From positions 186,001-250,000 of the forward strand of contig QPMI01000602.1 of NCBI GenBank assembly GCA_004431415.1: DNA of 64,000 bases, read 5' to 3'. The position numbers were made by a program, and so were the translations under genes. This document shows, one piece after another, positions 13,635 through 27,641 of this stretch. The notes beneath the pieces were generated by a model that saw only the letters and a list, made by a program, of their open reading frames with translations, ran no database searches and had not been told where the DNA came from. Each line of letters opens with the position of its first letter. Position 1 is the stretch's first letter. This stretch comes from Cyanophora paradoxa CCMP329 (taxonomy: Eukaryota > Plantae > Glaucophyta).

Positions 13635-16600
13635 ATGGACGGCATGCAAGGGTCGCATCCGCCAGACCTCGACCTCATCGCGGACATCATCCGCGATGCG
13701 GAGAGAGCGAGCGCTGGCTCCAAGGTCACACTCAACAGGTAAGAAGCCTGCCCTGTAGCATCAAGCCCGCCCCGCCCTGCCTCGCCCCGCCTCGCCCCGT
13801 TGGCGCAGCGCGCAGCTGACGCGCTTCAGAATCCTGCACAGCTATGACAAGATCTTCCGCGCTCGAGGGGCTGATCCAGCCGCGGATTCGAAGGTGTACA
13901 GACACATTCTGAAGATGAGCCTCGACGCCGGAGATTGGAATCAAAAGCTGGCGGCGCTGCGGAGTTCCACGATGCAGGCGCGGGGAGACGATCATCTCAA
14001 TGGCGCGTCCCCGTTCACGTCGCGAACCGCGGAGCCGGTCGCAGCGGCTCCGACAAACCTGGGTTCCCCGAGTTCAAGACACGCGCAACGCCGCCTGTTC
14101 CCTCCACCCGGCCGATCGGTGCGCAGTCAGTGCTGACTCGCATCTAAGGCTTCCTCTTATTCCGCGACCATCTGCAGGCTCGCTCCCCCCATGCAGATGC
14201 TTCGATTCTTTCAGTTCCAACGGCGGGCGCAGCCCCTCTCAGCGCGTGGACTGCAGAGGCACTGCGTGACGCATGCGAGGAAGCGTCAGCCTACGTGAAC
14301 TTCCGAAGACTCGGTCGTGCTTTCCGAGCATGGAGAAAGTTCGCGCACTGCCTTAATCGACGCACGACACCTCTCATGTGTCTGCAGGCGCGTGGAGGTG
14401 GGGAGGCTGCTCCAGGCGAAAGAGGAGCAGGCCGTTGTAAATTGGAAAATCGCAGTCGACTTCTGGCAGCGCTCGGCGCGCGCGCGCGCGCTGCGAGCCC
14501 TTGCAGCGGGCGTCGCACGCACTCGCAGCCTGGAGACGTCCGCCGAGGCTTGCAATTTGTCCCTACTACGACTTCAATCGCTCGCTGATCCCTTTTATAG
14601 GCTCTTTATCTGCGACGCATCGTTCGTGTCGGCTTCGCGGCGTGGCGATCCTGGATTCTCGCAAGGCGGGCGCCATGGCAGGAAGCCCCTCGCGGTCGCG
14701 GGCAGTCTGGGCCGTTCCTGCGCGCATCCTTCCGCTGGCTCCATCTCAGTCTCGGCTTCCGCTGGAGTCACCTGGCTCCCCCAGGGCCAGTATTGGCCCA
14801 CCGCCTTCCCAGGCGGGTGCCTCCGCACCGCCTTGTTCCGATCAGTTGTGGAGCCAGCGCTCTTGGCCGGGACATCTGCAGACGCATCATTCTGTTCTGG
14901 CGTCGCTCTGCGCGGTGCGCCGACCTCGGTCCGGCGATTCGCTCGCTGAGCGAATTTTGCAGAGAGACCGCGGGCTTTAGGCGACGCGTGATGTCACTGA
15001 GACGGCAGCGGCAACAGGCTTCAGTGTTTGGGGCTTGGCGCGCCGCAGCCAGGCGTCTCGGCACTTTGAACCGCGCTGCCCGCCAAGTCAGCACTGCGAA
15101 GGCGGAGAGGCTTGTGCGAGCTGCCTGGAGTCAGTGGGCGGCAGAGACTCGAAGGGGGCGCGAACTTGCTCGTCGTGCGGGAGTGATGGATCGGAGGCTG
15201 CGCGCCCGAAGGCTTGTAGCTTCTTTCGCAACCTGGCTAGGAGTCTAATATCCTTTGGGACCGCGCCCCGTCGCTCCGCCGCAAAAATAGCAAAAATCCT
15301 TTCTCTCTTCCCTTGACCAGCATTTACTCGCGAGCGAAGCGAGGAACAAACTCTGGACAGCCGCGCGACTCGTCATAGGAGGTCCATGCTGCTGCGAAAG
15401 GCATTCCATCAGCTGTCACGTTACACCGTGCAACGACGCGTGCGAACTTCCCTTCCGTTTGTCTTTGCATCTTCTCTACAACCTTGCTACAGGCTTCAAA
15501 GAGCAAGAATCGGACGGCCCTGGCTCACTTTGCGAGGCAGGAGGCGCGGGCCGCGCTCGGGGCGTGGCGCGCCCGTCTCCGAGAGAAAGCACGCTCGCGG
15601 GCGAAGCGCGAGCGCGCGGACGTCCATTTCGCCTGCATGTGCAGGCGCCGGTCGATGCGGCTCCTGGCGGCTTACGCGCTGTACCGCGCGCACTGCCGCC
15701 TCTCTGCCTCGGTCCGATTCCGCGGTTGCGAGGCCTCTTGCATAATCTGACAGTCCGTCTCCCGCAGGTAACGTTGAGCGTGAAGGCCGCTCGGAGCCTC
15801 GTCAGCCCCCACGACGGGTGCCCTGCGCTTTCTTAATCTCGCTTCCATGACTGCGCTCACAGTTCTCAGGGCGGGGCGGGGAGCGGGCTCTGCGGAACTT
15901 GAGCGATTCGCCCGAAGGCAGAAGGACGGCCGCGTCGCCACCTTCGCCGCCCACCTGGCGGCAAAGCAGCTGGCGAACGAGCGGGCCATCGCCCAACTCT
16001 CTGTCGCCTCCGCCCGCTCGGCCCTCAGGCGCCTCTTTCGCTATATGCTCGCAAGGCGGGCGCGAAGGACGCAGCTCGCGGAGGGGCTCAAGGCGCTGGA
16101 GCTGTTCCGAGGGCGCCTCGTCCTGAGCATGTGGCGCAACGCCGCCTCGGGTTCGCCCTCCAGACTGCCCGCACCCTTCGTGCTCCCTAACTCTGGTTTT
16201 CCAGGCGTGCGGGCTGAGAGGGCACGGACAGAGCAGGCGCGCGCCGTGCTGCTTTCGCGCCGCATCATGCGCATCCTCTTCCGCTGGCACAAGTGGGCGT
16301 ACGAGCGAAAGCAGTCGGCCCGACGAAAGTTCATCGCAAATGCGAAGTACCGCCGCTCGCTCGCCGCCTCGTCCTTCCGCCAGTGGCGCCGCTTTGTCTC
16401 TTCCCGTGTTCTTTGCGCCAAGGTGCGGGGCTCATTGTTTTGCCCTATATTCCCTTTCAACGTGGAGTGGCAGCGGTACTCGGAGCTGACGGCGGCTCGG
16501 CGCTCGCGCGGCGTGCGTAACGTGCTGCGGGCTTGGTACCAGCTCTACCGATCTCTCAAGGCACGCTTGGTCCCCGATATTTAATTTTTCGCCTCTCACG

Positions 16601-19600
16601 GTTCTCGGGCAGGTCGAGCGGCTCGCTGCGGCCCACATTCGAACCCTGGAGGTCGGTCGCGCGTGGAAGGGCTGGCGCAGATACGTCGATGGCCGCTTGC
16701 ACAAGCGGGTGCGCCACTCCACGCCTACCTTCTGAGTGTCTTCCGAGCCGTTAAACCGATCGCCAGGCTCAAATGGCGCGGGCCATTGGAGCGCGGCGGC
16801 GTCGCTTGAAGACCGTCGCGCTCCGCGCTTGGAAGGCCGCAATCGAGGCTCGTTCTGCCCTGCTCTCGTTCTCGCACGTCGTGTCTCAATCCACCGCAGA
16901 TCTGGCGTCAGAAGGCCGCGAAACTCGCGAAAGCCCAGATATGCTGGCAGAAACACGCGCACCGGAGCGTCCTGCGGAGCTGGAAGGTGTCCTTGACGGC
17001 CTCCCGCAAGAAGGCACGTGGGCGTCCCGTGGCTTCGGTCCCAACCTTGGCCTCCCGCGCAGCTGACCCTGCCCCTGCAGGCTGTCACATACCAGAGGGT
17101 GCAGGCGCATTTCAGCGTGGTTCGCCAGCAACAGGTTCGGCGTGGTCTCCTATCTACGCCTTGTCGTTCATGACCGAGGGCCCCCAGATACTTCGCGCTT
17201 GGCGCCGTGTGGCCTGCGAGCAGCGGGACATGCGCGCTCGAGTCGACGCGCACGTGAGGAAAGTGCTGCAGGTGCGCTCTTCGTCGCCCTTTTTCTATCC
17301 TCCGGGCCGAGGCCGCGCCCTGCAGAATCAAGCGCGTGAGGTGTTTCGCGCTCTGCACAAGACCGCTCAGTGCGTGTCCCATCCGAGGCCCCCGCCCCCG
17401 TGGCCGACCTCTTCCCACGCCCCCTGCCCCTCCTCGCAGTCGGCAGAGCCTCCGTCGGAAAGCGCTGAGCGAGACTGTCCGCCGCGTGCGAGGCCGCTGT
17501 GTGCGGCGCGTCTTTGCCGCGTGGCGCCTCTGGGCTGCTGCCCGTCGCCGGGCCCTTCATCTGAGCCGCCGCGTCGCCGCTCGCGAGTTTCGCGGTCGGC
17601 GCTCCTCCTCCCTTTCGTCGCCCTTTCTGATCCTCCGGGGTCAGGCCGCATCGCCAGCGCCTTTGACGCCTGGCGTGACTACGTCGACGTCCGCCGCTGG
17701 AAGCGCTCGCGCCTCGCCGTCGCTGGTGCGATCTACTCCGGGCCCTTTTCCCTCCTCGCCTTGAGCCCCCGCAGACCGCTTCCATCGGCGGGGCCTTGCC
17801 CGTTTTGTGCTCGCTGCGTGGCGTCTCTTCGTCGCGCTGGCGGCTGACTCCCGAGACCTGAAGAAGCGCGCCGCCGCCCATTATCGCCGCGCCACCTTCG
17901 TCAAGACCCTGCGTGCGCCCGGTCCCGCTCTCACCTCGATCGCCCCAGCCGAGTTTTCCCAGGCGGCTGGCGCCTGGCGGCTGTGCGCGAGCGGGAGGTG
18001 CGGCGGCGCCTTGAGGAGCGGCACGGAGCCCGGACGACACGGGGCCTCACATCCTCCATCCGGGCCATGGCATCGCACGCCCGCGCGCGCCGCCTCAAGC
18101 GCGTCCTGCAGGAGCGCGCCGACACGCACTTCCGCCGTGGCCGCCTCCACCTCGTCTTGGCCGCCTGGAAGGCACGCGCGCGCGGATGGGCCTGGAAGCG
18201 GGGCGCCACTGTGCTGGCCAACGACCTGCGCGCGCGCCGTGCCCGCGGACGCTCCTGGGCGGCCTGGCTCGCCTTCGTGCGCATCCGGCGCTATCAGCAC
18301 TCCCTCGAGGTCGCGGCCGATCGCCTCGCCGCCGACCGGCGCCGTGCCGCATGCTGGCGCGGCTGGAAGGATGCCCTCGCCGTTCAGCGGCGCGAGCGCA
18401 CGTTCGAGACCACCGCCGACGCCCTGCGCCGCGCCGCGCTACTCCAGCGCTCCTGGCGCCGCCTGCTCTCCTGGGCGGCCCTCGGCCGTACCCGCACGGC
18501 AGCCGTGGCCCGCCTGCTCTACCTCCGCTGGCGCCAGGAGGCCCGCCTCGCCTTCGGTGGCTGGAGGTCCGCTCAGCGCCCACTTTCGCTTGGTCACCCG
18601 CCACTCACGAATCGCCCCGCAGGTCGATCGCCGCCCTCCGCCGCAAGGGCCGCCGCGCAGCTGACGCCAGGCGCCTCGCGGTTCTCCGCTCCTCCTTCGG
18701 CTTCTGGTCCTCCGCTCTTCCGCCCCGCAAGCGCCATCTCGCGTGCGCCCTGGGTCCCTCAAACTTCCTCCTGGCGCCCCCTGACTCTCTAAGCAGCCGC
18801 GTCGCTGCTGCCGCGTGCCGCCTCGAGTCTCGTTGGCGTACACAACTCGTCCAAGATGCCTTCCGAGCCCTCGCCAAGTGTGCACGCCCCATCTCATGCT
18901 GCTTCCGTGCCGACGCCTCGTGCAGGCACGGGCTTCTGCGGCGTGTCAAGGTGGCTGTTATCGCCGAGTGGCGTGCCCGCACGCTGTGCCGGGTCTTCCC
19001 GTGCTGGCGGGCGGTCGCGGCCCACTGGCGTGAGGACAGGTTGGGCATCGAGGCGGTGCAGCACATGCAGGCCGGACGCATTCTCCGCGAGGCCCTCTTC
19101 TCTTGGCGTGTCGAGGTTCGTCCCAGCGCACTCGTGCTCGCCCCCGCCCCTCTCACGCCCCTCGCCCCTCTCACGTGCTCCCCCCAGCTCGCCCGCGGGG
19201 TACAGCTTCTCCAGCTGCGGAACCGCATCCAGGATCGCGGCCTGCGGGCCGCCGCTGCCGCTTGTCTCCTCGCGTGGCGCTACTACCGTCCGCCCTACCC
19301 TCGTCGGTTTTCTTTCGCTCGCTAAGCTTCTGCAGGGGAGCGCAACGTGCGGGTCCGGGCCTTTGTTATCGCGCGGGCTCGGAGCTTCTGGGGCCAGTCC
19401 TTCTATTCGTGGCGCATCTGGGCCCGCAGCCGCGGCATCCGTAACCGATGCGTTGCCGTGCGCCCTGCTTCCCTATCCCTTTCGATCACACCGCTGACAC
19501 GACCGCAGGGTGCCCTCGAGCGCCGATCCCTCCGCGCGAAGAGCTCCTCCTTCGCCGCGTGGCGCCTCTTCGTGGCGGGCCGCGCCCATAAAAAGGCCAT

Positions 19601-22600
19601 CGCCCGCGCCTTTGCGGCCCGCTACGCCGCCGCCCGCGCCACCGCCGGTGACCGGCGCCTCCAGTTCGCCGCCCGCCGCTGGCGCGCGTGGCCTCTCCCC
19701 GCCGCGTTCGATTCCATGCGCGCCTACGCCCTGCGACGCATAGAGAAGCGGTGCGCTCCTGGAGGCCCTTCCGCGCGTTTCATGCGCCCGCCGATCCGCG
19801 CCGCAGCGGGAAGCTGGCCGCCGCCGTCGAGCACTTCGGCCGGCGGCTCGCCCACGCCGCCCTCGTCGGCTGGCGCGACGTCGTTACGGCTCGCCACTCG
19901 GCCCGCGCCTCAGACGCCTACTGGGCTCTGCAGCGCAAAGGCTCGCCCTTCGCCCTGCTTCACTTCTCGGTGCCTCTAAGAGCCAGCCCGCTGCAGGCTA
20001 CTGGCTCCGCCGGTGGCGCAAAACGGCGGAGTGGCGCGCGAGGCGCAAGAGAGAGTACACGGCGGCGATGCTCTTTTGGGCCCAGGTGCCTCTGGCCGCT
20101 TCCGAGCCCCTCTCCCGTCTTGACTTTCTCTCGAAAGCACTCTGCGCGTCGCATGCTGCGCGGCTGGCGGGACGCAGTCCTCCGTTCGGCTGACCTTCAG
20201 GCGCGACTGGAGGCCGTGACGGAGGCGGCGGCCGTCCGCGCCATCGCCGCATCATTCGCTCAGTGGCGCACGCGCCTCGCCAAGCGACGCGTGCGCAGAA
20301 CCCCCCCCCCCCCCCCCCCCCCCCCCCACCCCCCCACTCCCCCCCCCTCCCCCCTCCCCCCCTCCCCCAACCCCAACCCTCCCTCCCCCCTCCCCCCCTC
20401 CCCCCCCCCCCCTCCCCCCGCTCCCCGGCCCCGCCCGCCCTCATCCCAGCCCACCCCTTCGACGTCATTTGAGCGGATGTTGCAGGAGGAGCGGCTCGCT
20501 GTGGTTCGCGCTGCGGTTCACGCCGACTATGCCACCGTCCGCCGCTGCATGAGCGCATGGGTCGAGGCCCTGGCCGACCGCCGCGCGAAACTGGCGTACC
20601 TGGCGCACCGACTGCAGGAGGCCCGCCACGCCCGCCTCCGCGAGCTTCTGTTCGAGTGGCGCTCCGCTGCCCGCAAGATCCACCGACTTCGGACCCAGGG
20701 TCCGCTCTGCCTCGCGCCCCTCCAGGCTTGCTCATAATGCTGCTTGGCAGGGGGGGAGCTGCGGCGCCGCACCTTGAAGCGCAAGCGCGACCTGTGTTTC
20801 TCGGTGTGGCGCCAGTGGGCTGCACGACACAAAGTGCGACCGATCCGATGCGCTTTGCCCCAACGTTCTCGATCGTTCAAACCCGCTCGCAGTACTGTCG
20901 CCGGGCCGTAGCGATATTCCAGCGCGAGAAAGTAGCGGCTCTAGTCTGGCAAGCGTGGAGGACCTACGCTGGTTTGGCGCGCTGACGCCCTCGCTTCCGC
21001 TAAATAGTTCTTAAGAGCTTCTGCTGAACGACCTGCAGGCCCGGTGGACTCGCCAGAGCGAAGCGGCGGCGACGGAGTCTCTGAGCTCACGGCTGGCGAG
21101 GCGCTGCTTCTCAGCATGGCGAAAGAGGCGAGTATACCTCGCTTTTGAATCATTTTTTGAGGGACTTATTTTTCGCAGACTTCGGGACAAGCGGAACCTC
21201 CGCGCGAAAGAGGAGCTCCTCGCGCGGAGGACGACACTTCTAGTGCCCTCGCCCTGCACGTTCAAGACTTTTCTCGTCTCTGAGCGGTTCGGCAGGCCAT
21301 GAGTCGGGCGTTGAGGTGGTGGCGAGTGTACTCGAAAGCTCGCGTGCTTCGACGCGCGTGCGCCGACGCCCTCCTCGCCCGTCACCTCGTCCCGCGGGCG
21401 TGGCGCGAGTGGCGCCGTCGCACTCTCCATAGGGCAAGCTCCCCTGGTCCTCGCCTCCGCCCAGCCGCCGCCGCTCAGCCCCTCCTCCCCGCAGCGTGCA
21501 GCCGCGACCGCATGCGCGGCGATCGCGGCCCGCTGGCAGCGCACTGAGCTCAGCGCCGTGCTGCTGGGCTGGCTCAGGGTCGTCGCAAAGGCATGCCCTC
21601 CCTCCTGCGGCTGCGAGCGCGAGGGCGGTAGCTGAGCTCGGCCTGCAGCGGAGGGCGAACGCGGACTTGGTGGGGGCACACCGGCGGCTGCTGCAGGGAC
21701 GGCGGCTGCAGGCGGCGTGGCGAGCGTGGCGCCTCTTCCTCCTCGCGCGCCGCGCCAAGGCCCTCAACCAGCGCGTCGCCGACGCACACCGCCGCTCCCG
21801 TGCCCTGGGCGGGCCGTTCCGCGCATGGCGAGCCACAACCCGCTCCCTCGCTTCCGCAGGATTCCGCTAAGGGCCTCGCAGGTACGATCTTACGGCAACG
21901 CAAGTGGAGAGGGCGGCGCGTGTGGGAGAGATCGCGGAGAATCTGAGGCGCCGCGGCGCCTGGAGTCTCGCGGCGGTCTGCTTTCTCTCCTGGCGGCATG
22001 AGACCATGCGGGTCCGCTACCCTTGCGCAGAACTCCGGGTCCGCTACCCTTGCTACCGAACCTGACGCACTCTCTGCAGAGCGCTTCGCTGCGCGGCCGG
22101 CAGCGGACCCTCGAGCGGGCAATCCGCGAGCGGCGGCAGGCCGTCGTCCTCCGCCACTGGGCCACCCGCCTCCACATGCGCGCCGCCAAGCGCGACATGC
22201 TCGTTCGGCGCGACACCCCCTTCCCCCTCCGCCGGCCTCGGCCCGTCCGCCCCTAACCCGCGTCCGCGCAGAACGATCGCGTGGCTCGCGCGGAGCCGCG
22301 CGGACCGAGTTCTGCGCCACTGGTGCGCCTGGGCGCAGCACGCCGCCGCCCAGCGCCGCGCCGTCCGCCAGCAGGTGACCCGCCCCCGCCTTTCGCGGCC
22401 CCCGATCCCCGCGCCCACGCCCACCCCGCAGGTGTCCCGCCGCATGGCTCACGCGGCCAGTGAGGCCCTCGAGGCCCTCCGCATGTACGCGGCGCGCCGC
22501 AGGCGAAAGAAGCGGGCCACCGCGATCGCCCGCCAAAGGCGCCTGCAGCTCGCGCTGAGCGGCTGGGCACGGCACCACGCCATGCACCTTCTCGTCACCT

Positions 22601-25211
22601 TTGTGGTGGCGACGCGCGACGCGCTGCGAACTGAGGCCTTCGGCCGCCTGCGCGACTACGCCCTCCGCAGGCGCGAGAAGCGGGTCGCCGACGCCGTCGC
22701 GCGCCTCCACTTCGGCCACCGCGTCCTTCGCATCGTACGCCTCGTACCCGGCCTAGTCTTTTCCAGAGGCCCTCCCCCTCTTACTGCCTCGCAGGCCCTC
22801 GCGGCCTTCCGACGGCACGCGCGCACCTCTTCCCGCGCCCGTCTGCTCCTCGCCACCTCTCGCGCCCGGCTCCTGTCCATCATCATGCGGGAGTGGTGCC
22901 GTTGACTCCTGCCCTTGACTCCTGTGACCTATCTCGCCCCGCCCATCCCCACCGCTGCCCCCCAGGTCGGCACACGCGGCCCACTCCGGCAACATCCGAT
23001 ATGCTTACCGCCGGGTGCGCGGGCCCTTCGGCGCGGCGCTCCTTAGCCCTGGCTGCCCTGACTCACCCGTGCGGCAGCTCACGGCGGCTCGGCAACTGCG
23101 CTGCATGACCGGCCCCTTCGCTGCCTGGCGGAGCTACGCGGCGGGCCGGTCCTTCTGGCGGCACCGTCTGGCCGACGCCTCGGCGCGCATTGCGGAGGGG
23201 GCGCTGCGGCGGGCGCTGGGCGCGTTGTGGGAGTTTACGCGCGGGGCGCGGGCCACGCGCGAGTCCATCATGCGGCGCGAGCGGGCGGATGCAGCGCTGG
23301 CGCACGCCCTAGCGCGGGCCCGGGCTCGCGTCCTCAAGGCCGCCCTCCTTGCCCTCCGCATCGCCGCCGCCGACCGGCGCCGCCTCCGCTCGTGCGCTGC
23401 TGCCGTCGCCGACCGGCGCAACGTGCGGCTCGCCGCGGAGGCCCTCGGAGCGTGGCAGGGGGCCGCAGCGGACCGCGCGCACCTGCGGAAGGCCGCGGAG
23501 CGCATGGGCATGCGGTTCCGCTGGGCCGCCGCGGCCGAGTGCCTCTCCGCGTGGGCGGCCGTGACAAGGGTCCGGGCGGCGGCCCGCGAGCGCCTTGTCG
23601 CCCTTGGCGCCCGCGTCCGCAGCGCCGCCCTCGCCGCCGCCTTCGGCGCCTGGCGCCGCCGCGTCTCTGTCCTCCGGTGCGGCGTCAGATGTTTGAAGCC
23701 CATGCATCACCCTCTCACGCTCGCGCCAGGGTCGGCCGTGCAGCGGATAGTCTCCGGAGGCAGCGTGCGCTAGCGAGCGCGTTCGAGGCCTGGGCCGACG
23801 TGGCCCGCGAGGAGCGGGCCAAGCGCTTCGAGGGCGCCCGCCTGCGCCGCACCCTCGGCCTCGCTTTCGGTGCATGGGCCTTCTTCACCGCCTACCGCCG
23901 GCGCCTCGCGGCGGGGCTCGAGACGGCCATCGCGACACGGGAGACGCGGGCCCGCCGCGCGGCCTTCAACGAGTGGAGGTCGCGTTCCGCGCGGGAGGCC
24001 CGCCGCCGCGAGAGCGGGGAGCGGGCCGCGCGGCACCTGGCACGCAACCGCTGCCGCTCCGTCCTTCGCACGTTCTCTGCGGTCCTGCAGGAGCGGCGCG
24101 AGCGGCGCGAGCGGGCAATGAGGACAGCGGCGCAGCGGAGGGCCTCGCGGAGCCTCCGCTCTTGCCTCCGCGAATGGCGCCTCGCCGCCAGCTCGCTCGC
24201 CACCCGCCGCGAGACCCTCGACGTCGCCGCACGGCGCATGGTGCCCTCTCGCGATTCGCAGGCGACCCATCTCTCCCTGACTGCAACGCCCCGCTGCGTC
24301 GCCCGCAGGCGCTCCGCGGGAGGCTCCGGACGCTTGGTGGGTGCCTGATCGCCTGGCGGGACCGGGCGCAGCGCGAGGCTACCGCGGGCCGCCTGGCGGA
24401 GCTGCGGCGGGCGCGCGTGGCGGCGGGCGTCGTGCGGGCGTGGCGCGAGGCGTGCGTGGAGCGGCGCGAGGGCCGCCGCCGCGTGGTCGCCGCCCGCGAG
24501 TACCGCCTCCGCCGCCTCGGGCGGGTCGCGTTCGCCGCCCTCCGCGCCGCCGCCCGAGCCGCCAACTGGCAGCGCGGCCTCGCTGCCCCCGCGGCCGCCC
24601 CCCGCGCCGCCCCGGAGCAGCAGCCGCAGATCCGCACGGCTGTCCGGCCCCGCGCAAGGGCCCGCGGCGAGGACCAGGCCTCCCTGGAGCTCTCGCCCAT
24701 CGCGCTTCACGAGCAGTCGTCGGAGGCCGAGTCTAGCGAGCCCTCGCCGAAGCCCCTCGGGCCCCTGTCCGCCGCCGCCCGCCTCGCTACCGACTTCCTC
24801 GCCTCCGCCACCGTCCGCCCGCAGCCGGCCCCAGGCTCTGCCCTGCGGCCTCCCCTCTGGGGCACCCCTCTTCGGTCCCCGCTCATCTCCCCCAACGTCG
24901 CCCTGCCAGGCAGCCTCGGCCCCGTCCCGGCCTCCCCCGCTCTAGGCCCTTACTCCGGCCCTCCCGTGACAATGAGGCGCCTGCCCGACCCCCTGGCCTC
25001 CTCCTCCTCTTCCGGCGCCAGCTCTCCCGCTGGCGGCCCAGTGGATGCAGACAGCCCGCCAGCCCCGCAGCGCGCACAGCCCGTCCCCCGCGCGAACCGA
25101 CCAGGCCTCGTCGCTCCTTCTTCCGCCCCCGTCCAGCGCTACGGGCGCCGACCCAGCCCCTCTCACGGTGTGGCCGCGACGCCAACGAGTAAATCTCTGT
25201 TGTGGCAATGA
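13635..25211 (+). CDS. SFI1: Sfi1-like centrin-binding protein, very long and multi-exon
   Basis: N-terminus LHSYDKIFRARGADPAADSKVYRHILKMSL followed by dozens of Arg/Ala-rich repeats ending (A/F)xxW(R) across ~11 kb; Pro/Ser-rich tail ending SKSLLWQ*. Confidence 0.8.
20301..20440. repeat. Poly-C low-complexity tract, probably intronic
   Basis: Long C runs; length unreliable. Confidence 0.8.
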
Positions 25212-25367
25212 CGTGACCTTGTGCTGATTTGTAATTGAATTCGAACGAGGCGATGCCTGTGGACGCGCTGCATTGAATTGCGCGCGCCGGCGCGGCTGCC
25301 AAGTGAACAGGGCCCGCCTGCCATCACGGACTCCGGCCCGGATGGAGCGATTCGTCCTGTCTGTCAT

Positions 25368-25439
25368 GCCTTCGTAGCTCAGCGGCAGAGCGCGCGCTTC
25401 GTAAGCGTGAGGTCGCGAGTTCAAACCTCGCCGAGGGCT
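25368..25439 (+). tRNA. tRNA-Thr(CGT)
   Basis: Acceptor stem GCCTTCG/CGAGGGC, D arm TAGCTCAGCGGCAGAGC, anticodon loop TTCGTAA, T loop GTTCAAA; 72 nt. Confidence 0.95.
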
Positions 25440-25970
25440 TTAATCTCGTCCTCCTTTGAGGACTCGGCCCCAGTGAGTAAGAGAGGGGTGCACCCCTGTT
25501 GCCGCCGCCGCAGCTTTTGCTGGTTCCAGCGGCTATGTTTCCCGGCTCTCCAGCCCGCTACGATGCGGGCCCGGCTGCTCGCGGTCCTGGCGGTCCTCAG
25601 GCCGCAAGAACTGGCGGCGCGTATGTTCTTTGCAGGCGGACGCCCAAGGACGCGCAGAACTGGAACTACCTGCTCGACACACGAGTCCGAAGCGACTTTC
25701 TGCGTGCTAAGGGATGCCTTGGCGAGCCGTTGGTGCACCTTGAGCAGTCGAGCACCTGCCCGACCGCTGACGGCCGTCCCAGGTCTTTGTAGACCAGTCG
25801 ATTGTCGAGCCTCAGTTCTCTGAGCTAACGATCATCTTCGAATGGTTTGTGCCCGTCGCCGTCGTTGTTTCCGCCACCTCGTTAGCTTATCCGTTTTGCA
25901 GGGTGCGGCAGGCGTTCGGCCTGGGACTGTGCGCACGCGAGTGCTTACGCGCCTGACGCCTCAGGAAAGC

Positions 25971-27404
25971 ATGGACAGCGCGAAGGAGTTCTTCCGGTGC
26001 GGATGCTGTCTGCGCCGGACCGAGCGCGGCGGGCTGAAGCCACTGCAGGCCGGACAACCCGGAAGTCGACGAAGTGCTCCCATCGACTCTCCTGGCTGAC
26101 TCGAGCTCCCGTAGCTTCGCTTTCTTTGAGAAGGTAATCCCCGCTCAAGCATGGGCACGCACAAGCTGATCAGTGCCCCCCGCTCCAGCCTGCACTCAAG
26201 GGCGACAATGTTGAGGAAGTGCGCGCAGCAGAATGCGTTGCTGAAACTTATCACTTACGTGCCGTGGCAGGAACTGCGGAAGCGTATGCACGCGCTCGAT
26301 GCTCAGCGGACGGCCCAGCTCACTCGTGCCCTGCGCGATGCGGATGGGCTGACGTCCCGCCTCACGGGCTTGCTGAAGCATCTCAACAGCGTGACGCTGC
26401 CTCCACAGGCTAGCCTTTGCCGCCCCTAGATGGCGCTTCTGCTTTCTGAAAGATTCGCAGTTTACTGGTGGACAAGCTCTGATTGGCGATGCGAACAACC
26501 GGTTAGTACTGTACGTGGAGAAGGGCACCGCAACTCGCATAAAGCTATCTCTGGAAGAGAAGCAGGTGCGACTCTTCTGTTGGGATGCTTTCCTCGCAAG
26601 CTCACGCCTTAGCTGCCACAGGTCCCCTACGCTGTGTACGTTGTCGATCTCGAGCAGAACATGACAGATGTGAAGGCAATGAACGCAAGGGGACTTCGTA
26701 AGTCTCACGCTTGAGAATGGCTGGGTTCTCCCTGACCATTATGTGCAGTGCCCATTTTGAAGGATGGCGATGTCATCGTTCATGAAACGGCGGCTATTCT
26801 GGAGTACATTGAGATGACTTTTCCTCAGAACCAGATGCTCTTCTTTGCTGATAGAACTATGCGTGCACGAGCGCTGGTAAGCGACTGTCACGGTAGCTAG
26901 CAATTTCACTGCTCAACTGCATGCAGACTCGTTTCCACGAGACTCAAGCCTTCGCTCTGGAAACAATGGAATTTCTCACCTACGTTTCCAGTGAGCCGGA
27001 CGAGGGCAGGGCACGGCAAATCGCGCAAAGCAGCCCCCTGGCAGAACGCTTCCGTGAGAACCTGGCCATGTACGAGAAGTACCTGACTGGCTCTGGGTTC
27101 GATCTTTTTCAACTCTTGCAGTGTTTTTCAATCTCACCCATGCTCGCAGTGGCCAAGACCCCGAGTACGTTGCTGGAGACAAACTCACGTTGGGAGACTT
27201 CGGTCTGTACGTGTGCATTGCTGCAGGTATGGGCTCTGGCCTCCGTTGAATTTCATTCAACTGTGCCTGACACCCGATGCAGCAACCACTATGCTCCCAC
27301 GCCTGGGCATTGACTTCAATGAACAGTTCCCCCGCATTTTCAGGCACTATCAAAGGATAAGCAAACGGCAGAGTGTGCAGAAAATCACATCAGAGTCCTC
27401 CTGA
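25971..27404 (+). CDS. Glutathione S-transferase family protein with probable N-terminal helical extension, multi-exon
   Basis: LVLYVEKGTATRIKLSLEEKQ, VPILKDGDVIVHETAAILEYIE (GST-N) and YVAGDKLTLGDF (GST-C). Start and upstream exons uncertain. Confidence 0.75.
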
Positions 27405-27477
27405 TTTCTGTTCAATAACACCACTATTTTATCGAAACGCGAAAAAGCATGTAAAAATAATAAGACATGCAGAAATT

Positions 27478-27640
27478 GCAGCCCCCTGGCAGAACGCTTT
27501 CGTGAGAACCTGGCCATGTACGAGAAGTACCTGACTGGCTCTGGGTTCGATCTTTTTCAACTCTTGCAGTGTTTTTCAATCTCACCCATGCTTGCAGTGG
27601 CCAAGACCCCGAGTACGTTGCTGGAGACAAACTCACGTTG
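27478..27640 (+). repeat. 163-bp direct duplication of GST segment 27030-27192
   Basis: Identical except two C/T differences; includes an intron. Confidence 0.9.
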
Positions 27641-27641
27641 T

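Noticed and set aside
13600-25300. Many long overlapping Arg/Ala/Pro-rich ORFs on both strands
   Set aside because: Shadow ORFs of very GC-rich DNA; the plus-strand Sfi1 exons explain the region.
25499-25830. Small ORFs after the first tRNA
   Set aside because: No recognisable motif or convincing gene structure.
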